Assembly (NCBI GenBank): GCA_903844735.1
Contig: CAIMUX010000080.1
Coordinates: 18,820 to 82,819 of the forward strand
Direction: 5' to 3'
Length of the DNA stretch: 64,000 bases
From: Candidatus Eiseniibacteriota bacterium
GTDB taxonomy: Bacteria; Eisenbacteria; RBG-16-71-46; CAIMUX01
Of the stretch, positions 20,033 to 28,544 are shown piece by piece. A model generated the notes under the pieces. That model saw nothing but the letters and a program-made list of their open reading frames with translations. It did not search any database and was not told where the DNA came from. Each line of letters begins with the position of its first letter. Positions within the stretch are counted from its first letter, which is position 1. Both the position numbers and the translations under genes were made by a program.

Positions 20033-20746
20033 TCACCACCGATCAACTTCCTCGGAGAGGCGACGCAAGGTCTCCAGCACTTGGTCAAACCGCGCGGTGA
20101 TCAGGCCGCGCGCGGGAGTCGAGCGAGAGAGCCGCATGGCGTGCAGCTCGGGGAGCAGATTCGGTGGCAAGGCCAGCAGGTCCGCGCTTGCCTTCCACGC
20201 AGGCTCGCCCTGGGCCTGCCACGGTCCACCCTTCAGGTAGAGCAGCCCGCGAAAAATCGCCAGTAGCGACGGCCAGCCGCGATCAAGGGCCTGCTTCAGG
20301 CGCTTCGGCGCACCCTCACACTCGATGTAAGCCTGGCGGAAGAGAATCAACTTCGAGCGAATCTCCCGCTCGCACTGAAGCCGGATGTGCTCTTGCTGGA
20401 ACGAGATGCCGGCCAGAGGGTCGTCTCCATAGAGCACCCGGTACTGTGCCGTCATGGAAAGAAACTCCAGTGGCCACGAGTCGAGAGCGCTAGCAATGAA
20501 AATCGGTCGCACAACCAGCGGCACAGAGATCCGACGCTTCCGCCACTTGCCCGCCAGTGTCGCGAGCCGCTCCAGAAGTGCCAAGTCAACTGGATCGGCC
20601 ACAAGGAGAAAATTGTAATCGGAGACGCCCGGGCGGAACTGCGGCCCCAGGGCGCTGCCATGAGCCACCACGGAAAGGAGCGGCGCCCCTGCGCGTCCCC
20701 GGACCTCCTCGACGAATCCGGCAAAGACCCTGTCGTGGTCTGCCAT
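20033..20746 (-). CDS. Nucleotidyltransferase-fold protein in a LemA/TPM operon
   Basis: HGS...SDYNFL, DSWPLEFL and LQCEREIR motifs; GGAGG RBS. Confidence 0.7.
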   Translation of the reverse strand: MADHDRVFAGFVEEVRGRAGAPLLSVVAHGSALGPQFRPGVSDYNFLLVADPVDLALLERLATLAGKWRKRRISVPLVVRPIFIASALDSWPLEFLSMTAQYRVLYGDDPLAGISFQQEHIRLQCEREIRSKLILFRQAYIECEGAPKRLKQALDRGWPSLLAIFRGLLYLKGGPWQAQGEPAWKASADLLALPPNLLPELHAMRLSRSTPARGLITARFDQVLETLRRLSEEVDRW

Positions 20747-20821
20747 CCTCACGTACCTCCATCGTGCGGCTCATGGAATCCCTTGGCTCCCGCCTTCTGG
20801 GCCTGCGGTCGGAATCTGCGC

Positions 20822-21718
20822 TCAGAACCCGCGCCCGGCACCGCCCCCTCCACTCCCCCCACCTCCAAAGCCCCCGAACCCGCCGCCGCCCCCGCCACCA
20901 AAGCTTCCACCGCCGAAGCCGCCGAAGCCCCCGAAGCTCCCGCCCATGAAGCCTCCCTGGCCGCGGTAGCGCCGCCGATTCAGCAGCGACGACAGGATGA
21001 TCATGACCAGAATGACAAGCGGCTGGAGCCTGGTTCGGCCCGACTTGAGCGGCGCTCGCCGTCCGCTGTAACCTCCCGCCGCGAGCAACGCATCAAGCTG
21101 TGCCGGATCCTCGCCCATCTCCGAGAGAATCGGTCGCAGACAGGCCCGCGCCGCCGAGGCGATGGCCTGGGCCGGTTGGGCAAGCAGGAGAGGCACAACA
21201 TCGTCGTCCAGTATCTGGCCGATGCGGCCGTCGTTCAGCACACCCTCCAACCCATAGCCCACTTCGATCCAGGCGAAACTCTTCCCCGCCCCTCGGGCCA
21301 GATAGAAGAGAAGCAGGCCTCGGTTCGTCGTCTTGTTGCCGACCTTCCAGGTCTCGAACAGCCGGTTAGCGTAGTCACGAGGTTCCTCGTCACCGATGTC
21401 GGTCATGGTGACGATACTCATCTGGACGCCAAACCTCGCGTCGGCCGCCGTGAAGAAGGACTCCAGGCGCTCGCGCTCGGACTCCGACAGCACACCGGCG
21501 AAATCGTTCACGAAGCCGGTCGGACGCGGGTATTCCGGTGCACCCGCCGCAACCGGCCCAACCCACGAAAGGATGAGCCCTGCCAGGGCGGCCACGAGGA
21601 GGAGGCGTGTCCGCGCCCTGGCCGGCAGCCCTCGCCCGCGAGCCGGCATGCGCCCCGGCAGTCCTCTCCAAATGCCGTCGGGTCTCACGCCTGCGTCCCT
21701 CGATACCTTGCCTGACAT
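20822..21718 (-). CDS. TPM-domain (YgcG-like) protein; start uncertain
   Basis: VNDFAGVLS, IEVGYGLEG and a glycine-rich GGFGGGGSGGGGA tail. Confidence 0.88.
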   Translation of the reverse strand: MSGKVSRDAGVRPDGIWRGLPGRMPARGRGLPARARTRLLLVAALAGLILSWVGPVAAGAPEYPRPTGFVNDFAGVLSESERERLESFFTAADARFGVQMSIVTMTDIGDEEPRDYANRLFETWKVGNKTTNRGLLLFYLARGAGKSFAWIEVGYGLEGVLNDGRIGQILDDDVVPLLLAQPAQAIASAARACLRPILSEMGEDPAQLDALLAAGGYSGRRAPLKSGRTRLQPLVILVMIILSSLLNRRRYRGQGGFMGGSFGGFGGFGGGSFGGGGGGGFGGFGGGGSGGGGAGRGF

Positions 21719-22041
21719 GGATAGAATCTGGCACACGGCCCCATCCTGTGTCAGCAAATTCGGCGTCCCGCCGGGGACTCTCTTGCCTCCGACCCGGATC
21801 CGGCACTCATCCGCGCCACGACTCATTGTCCCTCCCTTGTTCGGCGCCCGGCCGGGGCTAGAGTCGAACACCGGGAAAGTTGTGGCCGCCGATCGCCCGC
21901 ATCCGGGCTATGCTCCGGCGAAGCGGCTGTGTTCCCCTGGAATCGTCCCCCGGACAGGTCCACAGCGAGGGACAAGGCCGGTTCATCCGCGGTGGGGCGG
22001 CGCGCGCTCCGGCCACCCCAGGGAAAATGAAGGAGTTGGTC

Positions 22042-22812
22042 ATGCCGGTCGTTCCCACTCCGGGAGAAGTCGTCATCCGCCGGCAGATAGAGAACCCGCG
22101 CGCCTGCCTCATCGTTTCGGGTGATTTCGGCGACTTGCTCGCCGGTTGGTGGCATCACGCTTCTCTCTGGGGGGGTGAGCCGGACGGCTTGGCGTCCGTC
22201 CTCATGCGGCAGGGACTAGCCGCGGCGGTACTGCACCTGTCGAACCGCCCGCGCAACGAGACTGTCGCGTGGACCCTGAACCTGAAGCAGCCGCCGACAA
22301 ACCTTTTTCTAACCGGCAGCTCGGTCGAGGGGACGATCACCGGCCGGGTCATCACCCAGGGCGTCCGGACCGAAGAGTCCAGCCGTCTCTTTGTGCAAGT
22401 CGTGAAACCACGAGGCGAACCACAGACAAGCCGGCTGGACGTCGACGGGTTTGATGTCCTGGAGATCTTCGAGCAGTACTTCACCCGCTCTGAGCAGAAT
22501 CCGGCGCGTTTCTTCGCCATCGAGCAAGAGCGGTTTGCCGCGGTATTCGGCCTGCCCGGCGTTGACCCCGCCTGGCTGCACGGGCTGGCGGTCGGCGGGG
22601 CGCGGACGCTCCTGGACACGGCGGTGGCCCTTGACGAACGGTCGTTCCGTTTTGAGTGTGGCTGCTCCCCGGTGCGGATTGTTGAGGTCATGCGTTCCCT
22701 CTACGCGAAGGAGCCGAACGAACTCTTCCGCGATGAAACCCAGGTAGAAGTCTTCTGTCCCCGCTGTGGGCGACGCTGGTGGGTAGACCGGGAGCAATTC
22801 GATGCGGGTTGA
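22042..22812 (+). CDS. hslO: Hsp33 family redox-regulated chaperone
   Basis: AAGGAG RBS; YFTRSEQ plus CxC (CGC) and CxxC (CPRC) zinc ligands. Confidence 0.8.
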   Translation: MPVVPTPGEVVIRRQIENPRACLIVSGDFGDLLAGWWHHASLWGGEPDGLASVLMRQGLAAAVLHLSNRPRNETVAWTLNLKQPPTNLFLTGSSVEGTITGRVITQGVRTEESSRLFVQVVKPRGEPQTSRLDVDGFDVLEIFEQYFTRSEQNPARFFAIEQERFAAVFGLPGVDPAWLHGLAVGGARTLLDTAVALDERSFRFECGCSPVRIVEVMRSLYAKEPNELFRDETQVEVFCPRCGRRWWVDREQFDAG

Positions 22813-23590
22813 TAGCCTAGTTCTGGGTGGGTTGCGCTGCACGCTTGTGGGTGGCGGGGCCCCAACCCGTGCGGAAACGAACGACCGGGGCGGGCCACGA
22901 ACCGCCGCGGTCCTCCCATTTCCCCAACGCTTCGCCGTGGTCCTCTGTCACGGCTACGGTGCGCCCGGCGACGATCTCGTCTCCTTGGCCTCGGAGGTCA
23001 TTCGTGCGGCCCCAGAGCTCGACGCGCGCCTGCGCTTCGTATTCCCGGAGGCCCCGCTGGCCCTGTCGGCTGTTGGTCCTTGGGACTCCCGGGCCTGGTG
23101 GCCGTTGGACGAAAGCGTCCTCGACGCCGCGATCGCACGCGGCTCGCCCATCGAGACGGTGCGGGACGCGCCAGCCGAGCTGTCAGGGCTGCGCGAGACC
23201 ATGTATCGATTGCTCGGCGATCTTGAACACGCAGAGGGAGTCCCCGTTTCCCGCGTGGTGCTGGGCGGTTTCTCCCAGGGGGCAATGCTGGCCACCGACA
23301 TCGCGTTGCGCCTGCCCATCTCGCCCGCCGGGCTTGGTGTTTTCTCCGGCACCCTGCTCGACGCGAACGAATGGGCACTCCTGGCGCCCGCCCGGCGGGG
23401 CATGCCCACCCTCGTGTGCCACGGGCGGCAGGACCCCCTACTGTCGTTTAGAACAGCCGAGGCGCTGCGCGAATTGCTCGCGCGTGCCGGTGTCGCTGTG
23501 GAGTTCGTCCCTTTCGATGGCCCGCACACGATCTCACCCGAGGGGTTCACGGCATTCGTTGCGTTTCTGCGGGCGATCCTGGGGCCCTGA
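22802..23590 (+). CDS. Phospholipase/carboxylesterase (alpha/beta hydrolase)
   Basis: HGYGA, GFSQG nucleophile motif, HGRQDP and GPH. Confidence 0.88.
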   Translation: MRVDSLVLGGLRCTLVGGGAPTRAETNDRGGPRTAAVLPFPQRFAVVLCHGYGAPGDDLVSLASEVIRAAPELDARLRFVFPEAPLALSAVGPWDSRAWWPLDESVLDAAIARGSPIETVRDAPAELSGLRETMYRLLGDLEHAEGVPVSRVVLGGFSQGAMLATDIALRLPISPAGLGVFSGTLLDANEWALLAPARRGMPTLVCHGRQDPLLSFRTAEALRELLARAGVAVEFVPFDGPHTISPEGFTAFVAFLRAILGP

Positions 23591-23991
23591 CGGATCTCCC
23601 GGAAAGGATGGTCTCGCGTGTCGTACCCGGCAAGCGCTTCGAGTGCATCCATCTACTTTCTGATCTACTCGTTTGTTGAGGGCACGATGTCCAGAAGGTA
23701 CGTCCCGCGTGGTCCGAAAATGACCTTGATGTCGCCCCCAAGCCCGGCGACACTCGCCCGCGGCTAACTCGGAGTCGGTCGAGGGGCGTCCGGAGGCGAT
23801 GCAATGTTCTCCTGCCTGCAGAACTCGGTGAGTCTCGGCGATGTCTTGCGTGGCCCACAGATCGCGAAAATTCTCCTGGTGCCATGCCTCGCCGGATGGG
23901 ACTGGTGACACTGTCCGTGGGGCTGCTCGCCTTGCGCGGCGGCTTCTCCGTGTCAGCCCCATTTCGTGGCGTCCTGCGCGAGGGAGCGATC

Positions 23992-24996
23992 ATGCACCGC
24001 GCACTGCGCCCCCATCGATCCGGCTGGTCGTTGCTGCTGCTGCTGCTGCTGGCGCTGGCCGCGAGCGCCCTGGCCGGCGCCGGCCCGGGCCCGTTGCCGC
24101 GGCGACCCGCCGCATCTGCCGCCGACCCGCCAACTCCGGCGGCCGACCCCACCACGGATCGCGCCGACAGGACGGACGACGCCCTGCCCGTGCCCCCCTC
24201 CGGCGTGCGTGATCCGCTCCTCGAGCTGCTGTTCACGATCGCGGAAAACGATTCGCTGGGTACCTGGGACGGAGCGGCGCTCGCGCGCTACGCGGCGGCA
24301 TCAGGGCGGCGCAGTCGGCTGCCAGTGGACGACATTGTGCGGATCGTGAGGCGCCCGGCCACGATCGTCGAAGCGGAGCTCCGGCACGGCGCGCGCGTCA
24401 CGCGCGTGTGGGAACTCGAGTTGACGCACGCGCTGCGGATGCCGCTGCCCTGGGCATTCCTCGGCTATCACCCCGGCACGGTCGCCGCGGCCCGCACCTT
24501 CGTTTTCAGCGAGTGGCGTCTGGGGGATCGGGCTCTCCAGGTCGTCGTCGATGACCGCCCGGCCACGATCGCCCTGGCGGATGTCTGCGTGCTACGCCTG
24601 GACGCGGGGTGGTTCATGCTGGACGTCGATGCCTGGATCGACGCGTTGCTCGGCGGACTGCTTGACGACTACTGGGTCTGCGGCTACGTCTTCGGGAAGC
24701 ACGGGGGCCGGCCGATCGAGGTTTCGCTGCTGGTAAAGCGAGACGGGGCATCCGATTACGGCCAGTTCGATCTCGGTCTCGATCGTATCGTGGCGCATCC
24801 GGAGGCTGTGGCCCGCGAGCTGAATCTCCTGGCCCGGCCCTGGGTCGCCCCGCCGCCCGGATCGAAACGCGTACCGTGGCGCGTCGAGACCTGGGTGGAC
24901 GCGGCGCCGGAAGACGGCCGCCAGCCGTGGACGCCGGGGCCGCTCGACACCGAACAGAACCCGAAGGGCCGCAGTAACGACTCCGGTAGTCAATAG
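23992..24996 (+). CDS. Hypothetical secreted protein
   Basis: Signal peptide (LLLLLLLALAASALA), Pro-rich linker and an unrecognised globular domain; the stop codon lies inside the adjacent repeat element. Confidence 0.6.
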   Translation: MHRALRPHRSGWSLLLLLLLALAASALAGAGPGPLPRRPAASAADPPTPAADPTTDRADRTDDALPVPPSGVRDPLLELLFTIAENDSLGTWDGAALARYAAASGRRSRLPVDDIVRIVRRPATIVEAELRHGARVTRVWELELTHALRMPLPWAFLGYHPGTVAAARTFVFSEWRLGDRALQVVVDDRPATIALADVCVLRLDAGWFMLDVDAWIDALLGGLLDDYWVCGYVFGKHGGRPIEVSLLVKRDGASDYGQFDLGLDRIVAHPEAVARELNLLARPWVAPPPGSKRVPWRVETWVDAAPEDGRQPWTPGPLDTEQNPKGRSNDSGSQ

Positions 24997-25150
24997 TCAG
25001 TAGTCAGTAGACAGTAATCAGTAATCAGAATTCAGGAGCCTGGCGCCAGAACTCACGAGTCAGAATGAGAACACTCCTGGACGAGACTTGAGGACTTGGC
25101 GGTAAGGCAACAGGCCCGCCCGTTTGTGCTTGGGGCAGCACGAGCGTCAC
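24974..25150. mobile_element. GTAAC-family heptamer MITE (degenerate copy)
   Basis: Starts GTAACGACTCCGGTAG, then TAGTCAG/TAATCAG heptamer tandem; 25058-25135 resembles the reverse complement of about 42000-42080; ends CGTCAC. Confidence 0.65.
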
Positions 25151-25178
25151 AAAGGCCGTCGCGATGCCCGCCTCATCC

Positions 25179-28100
25179 CTATCGCTTCACCCCCAACCGC
25201 ACCCCGCACCCCTTCTCGATTTCCAGCCCGGCATCCAGATCCGCCCCGTCGCACCCCTCGCGCAGCCCATGCGCCAGGGTCTCTTCGGCAATATACTTCC
25301 CAAAGGTCGAAATCACGGCCCGGACCCGTTCGTCGGCGGTGTCGTACAAGACCGTGATCCGGTCCTCAACGTTGTAACCGGCCTGCTTGCGCAGATCCTG
25401 CACCGCACGGATCATCTCGCGGGCGTACCCCTCGCGGAGCAGCTCCTCCGTGATAGCCGTGTCGATCACCACGAGAAGGTTCCGATCCCCGGCCACCGTG
25501 AGCCCGGCGCGCCCGGCGTACCGCAACTCGAACTCCCCTGGCACCAGCGTGTGACCGGCGATCTCGATGGTGCCCTCTTCGCTCTGCACCCACGCCCCGT
25601 CCTTCGCCGCTTTCGAGACATCTTTGATCGCGGCGCCAAGCTTGGTGCCCAGGACCGGGAAGTTGAGCTTCAGCTCGCGCGTGACCAAGGCTTCGGTGTC
25701 GCCACCCACCAGGACCTGCTTGATGTTCAACTCCTGGCCAACCTGAACGAGGAGATCGTCGTCGAGGTCGGGGGCGATGCCACCAAAGTCAAGAATCCAC
25801 ATCCGGCCCAGCGGCTGGCGAACCTTGATCTGCACCTTCTCGCGCGCGGCCCGGCCGAGGCTAACCGAGATGAGGACCCGCGCCATACGCGCGCTCAACG
25901 CTTCGTCCACGAGTTCCCGCCGCACCTCGGGATACGGCCGCAGGTGCACACTTTCGGGCCACCCGTCCGCATCTCCCGTCTCGCTGGTCCGCTCCGCCTC
26001 ACCCCGGGGGCTCGAGACCCTAGTCCCTGCCCTGGATCCCCCCCGAAGCGTCCCGGTCAGATTGCGGTAGATCTCCTCGGCCAGAAACGGCACCACCGGC
26101 GCCAACATCTCACTGAAGGTGACCAGCACATGAAAGAGCGTCCGGTACGCAAACTTCTTGTCCTCATCGGCGGTCGACTTCCAGAACCGACGGCGCGAGC
26201 GCCGGAGATACCAGGTGGAAAGCGCCTCCAGGAACGCGTCGGCGGCCCGCAGCGAGCCGGCCACGTCATATTCCTCCAGCCCCCGCGTGAAGATCTCCAG
26301 CGTCCGGTGAAGGTCGGAAAGGATCCAGCGGTCGAGCGGATTGGGGCTCTGCGAGAGCGTCTCCTCCACCTGCGCCTCCGCCGGATCGAACCCATCCAGC
26401 AGAGCATAGGTCACGAAGAATCCGTAGACGTTCCAGAGGGTGATGAGCCGGCGCCGGATGTCGTCAGCGGCGTGGTAACCGAAGCGAAGGTTGTTGTTCG
26501 GGTTGAAGGCGCAATAGAGCCAGCGCATGACGTCCGCGCCCATCTTCTCAACCGCCTCGGCCAACTCGAGGGCATTCCCCGCCGACTTGTGCATCGGCTT
26601 GCCCTTCTCGTCGAAGACCTTCTCATAGGAGAAGACGGCCTTGTACGGGGCGCGCCCTTCCAGCGTCACCGCGGTGAACATCATGGCGTAGAACCAGAGC
26701 CTCACCTGCTCGCGCATCTCCAGCACGAGCTCACAGGGGAACCATTTTTCCCAATAGGCCCGATCCTCGAAGTACTTCAGAGTGGAGAACCCGACGATCC
26801 CCGCGTCCAGCCAGCAATCGCCGACATCGAAGATGCGCTTCGCCTCGGCCCCACAGTGCACGCAGCGGATCCGCACTTCGTCGATCCAGGGCCGGTGCAA
26901 CTCGGGCAGTCCGTCCACGACGGCCGGGTCGAGGGCGCGCGCGCGCAGTTCGGCGCGGCTCTTGATCACGGTGAGGTGTCGCTGTGGACAAAAGTAGAAC
27001 GGCAGGGGCAGTCCCCAGTAGCGCTTCCGGGAGATGCACCAGTCTCCCATGTTGTTGTACCAGTCCTGGGTTCGCTTTCCCACCGACTCGGGGATCCAGC
27101 GCACGGTCTCCGCCGCCGCCTTCATCTGCGGACGGATCTCCGTCGAGGAAAGGAACCACTCATTCTCGACGCGAAAGACCAACTTCTCCTTGCAGCGCCA
27201 GCAGAACGGGTAGCGGTGCCGGTAGGTTTCCTGCCGGAACAGGACATCCTTCTCCTTTAGGCTGGCCAGGATCGGCTTCTCCACGTCGTGGACATCCATG
27301 CCCGTCAGCCAGCCGAAACCCTCCACGTAGAGTCCATAGCCGTCGAGCGGGGCGATGACCTTCAGCCCGTGTGTCTTTCCCAGTTCGTTGTCCTCGGCGC
27401 CGCACCCGGGTGCGATGTGGACGATTCCCGATCCGTCGGTTTCGCCGACCGCACTCCACGGGACAACGCGGTGGTCCATTCCTGCCGCCACCGGCAATTC
27501 GTCGAATGGGCCGTCGTAGGCCCAACCCACCATCTCGCTTCCCTTCAGCGTGCCCTGTTCCTCGGCTCCCCTCTTGAAGATCATCGGGTAGGTGCCGGCG
27601 CTGAGATAGTAGACGTGCCCTTCGTGGCGCACCCGCAGGTAGTCGAGATCGGGGTTGACCGCCGCCGCCACATTGCTGGTCAGCGTCCATGGCGTCGTCG
27701 TCCACACCAGAAGAGACTCCCCCGGCCGGTCCTTCAAGGGGAAGCGTAGAAAGACAGAGGTGTCGGCCACTTCCTCGTAGCCATCGGTCAGCTCGTGCTG
27801 GGAAAGCGAGGTCCCGCAGCGGGTGCACCATGGCATCGCCTGGTGCCCCTCGTACAACCAGCCCCTCTCGTGGCAGATCCCGAGAAAGTGCCAGATGTAC
27901 TCGATGTTGGTGTCGCTCATCGTGTAATAAGAGTCGTCCCAGCGCATCCACTGGCCGAGACGGAGCGATTGCCGGATCATGACGCTGCTATACTTGTCCA
28001 CGCGGGCACGGCAGGCGCGGGAAAACTTATCCAGGCCGTACTGCTCAATGTCCCGCTTGCTGTTGAAGCCGAGCTCCCGCTCCGTCTCCACCTCAAGCCA

Positions 28101-28379
28101 CAGGCCCTGGCAGTCGAATCCGTTCTGCCAGCGCTGGTCGAACCCGCGCATTGCCCTGTATCGCTGGAAGACGTCCTTGTAGGTGCGGCCCCAGGCGTGG
28201 TGCACACCCATCGGATTATTCGCCGTGATCGGCCCGTCGATAAACGACCAGGGTGCCCGTCCGGCATTGCGTTGCACCTGTTGCTCGAAGATGCGCCCAG
28301 ACCGCCAGAATTCGAGGATGCGGTGCTCCAACTCGATGAAGTCCTGCTTGGCGTTAACCGGGGCGAACGCTGGCTCCAC
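25179..28379 (-). CDS. ileS: Isoleucine--tRNA ligase (type 2)
   Basis: DGPITAN...GVHH, WTTTPWTL, GIVHIAPG, DWCISRKRYWG and PMHKS (KMSKS variant). Confidence 0.95.
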   Translation of the reverse strand: MEPAFAPVNAKQDFIELEHRILEFWRSGRIFEQQVQRNAGRAPWSFIDGPITANNPMGVHHAWGRTYKDVFQRYRAMRGFDQRWQNGFDCQGLWLEVETERELGFNSKRDIEQYGLDKFSRACRARVDKYSSVMIRQSLRLGQWMRWDDSYYTMSDTNIEYIWHFLGICHERGWLYEGHQAMPWCTRCGTSLSQHELTDGYEEVADTSVFLRFPLKDRPGESLLVWTTTPWTLTSNVAAAVNPDLDYLRVRHEGHVYYLSAGTYPMIFKRGAEEQGTLKGSEMVGWAYDGPFDELPVAAGMDHRVVPWSAVGETDGSGIVHIAPGCGAEDNELGKTHGLKVIAPLDGYGLYVEGFGWLTGMDVHDVEKPILASLKEKDVLFRQETYRHRYPFCWRCKEKLVFRVENEWFLSSTEIRPQMKAAAETVRWIPESVGKRTQDWYNNMGDWCISRKRYWGLPLPFYFCPQRHLTVIKSRAELRARALDPAVVDGLPELHRPWIDEVRIRCVHCGAEAKRIFDVGDCWLDAGIVGFSTLKYFEDRAYWEKWFPCELVLEMREQVRLWFYAMMFTAVTLEGRAPYKAVFSYEKVFDEKGKPMHKSAGNALELAEAVEKMGADVMRWLYCAFNPNNNLRFGYHAADDIRRRLITLWNVYGFFVTYALLDGFDPAEAQVEETLSQSPNPLDRWILSDLHRTLEIFTRGLEEYDVAGSLRAADAFLEALSTWYLRRSRRRFWKSTADEDKKFAYRTLFHVLVTFSEMLAPVVPFLAEEIYRNLTGTLRGGSRAGTRVSSPRGEAERTSETGDADGWPESVHLRPYPEVRRELVDEALSARMARVLISVSLGRAAREKVQIKVRQPLGRMWILDFGGIAPDLDDDLLVQVGQELNIKQVLVGGDTEALVTRELKLNFPVLGTKLGAAIKDVSKAAKDGAWVQSEEGTIEIAGHTLVPGEFELRYAGRAGLTVAGDRNLLVVIDTAITEELLREGYAREMIRAVQDLRKQAGYNVEDRITVLYDTADERVRAVISTFGKYIAEETLAHGLREGCDGADLDAGLEIEKGCGVRLGVKR

Positions 28380-28544
28380 TCTGTTACTCCTCTAGACTCA
28401 GGCTCCGCTCGTGCGCTTCCTCGGGATCGCCCTCGGCCTGATCCTCGTCGGCGGTCAGGATCTGTCGCCCTTGCCTAGTCCTGGTTGCTCGACTTGGTCC
28501 TTGGTCTTCCGGCCGGGGCACTCTCCCCGACATCGTAATCAGGT

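Noticed and set aside
24987-25070. CRISPR array
   Set aside because: Units are 7 bp with no unique spacers, and there are no cas genes.
26576-26600. IleRS PMHKS instead of KMSKS as a sign of inactivity
   Set aside because: The catalytic second Lys is retained and the rest of the enzyme is intact.
25164-27260. Long antisense ORFs (698 aa here; also 4513-6075, 28869-30281, 56866-58611)
   Set aside because: Shadows of real genes on the opposite strand, expected with high-GC codon bias.
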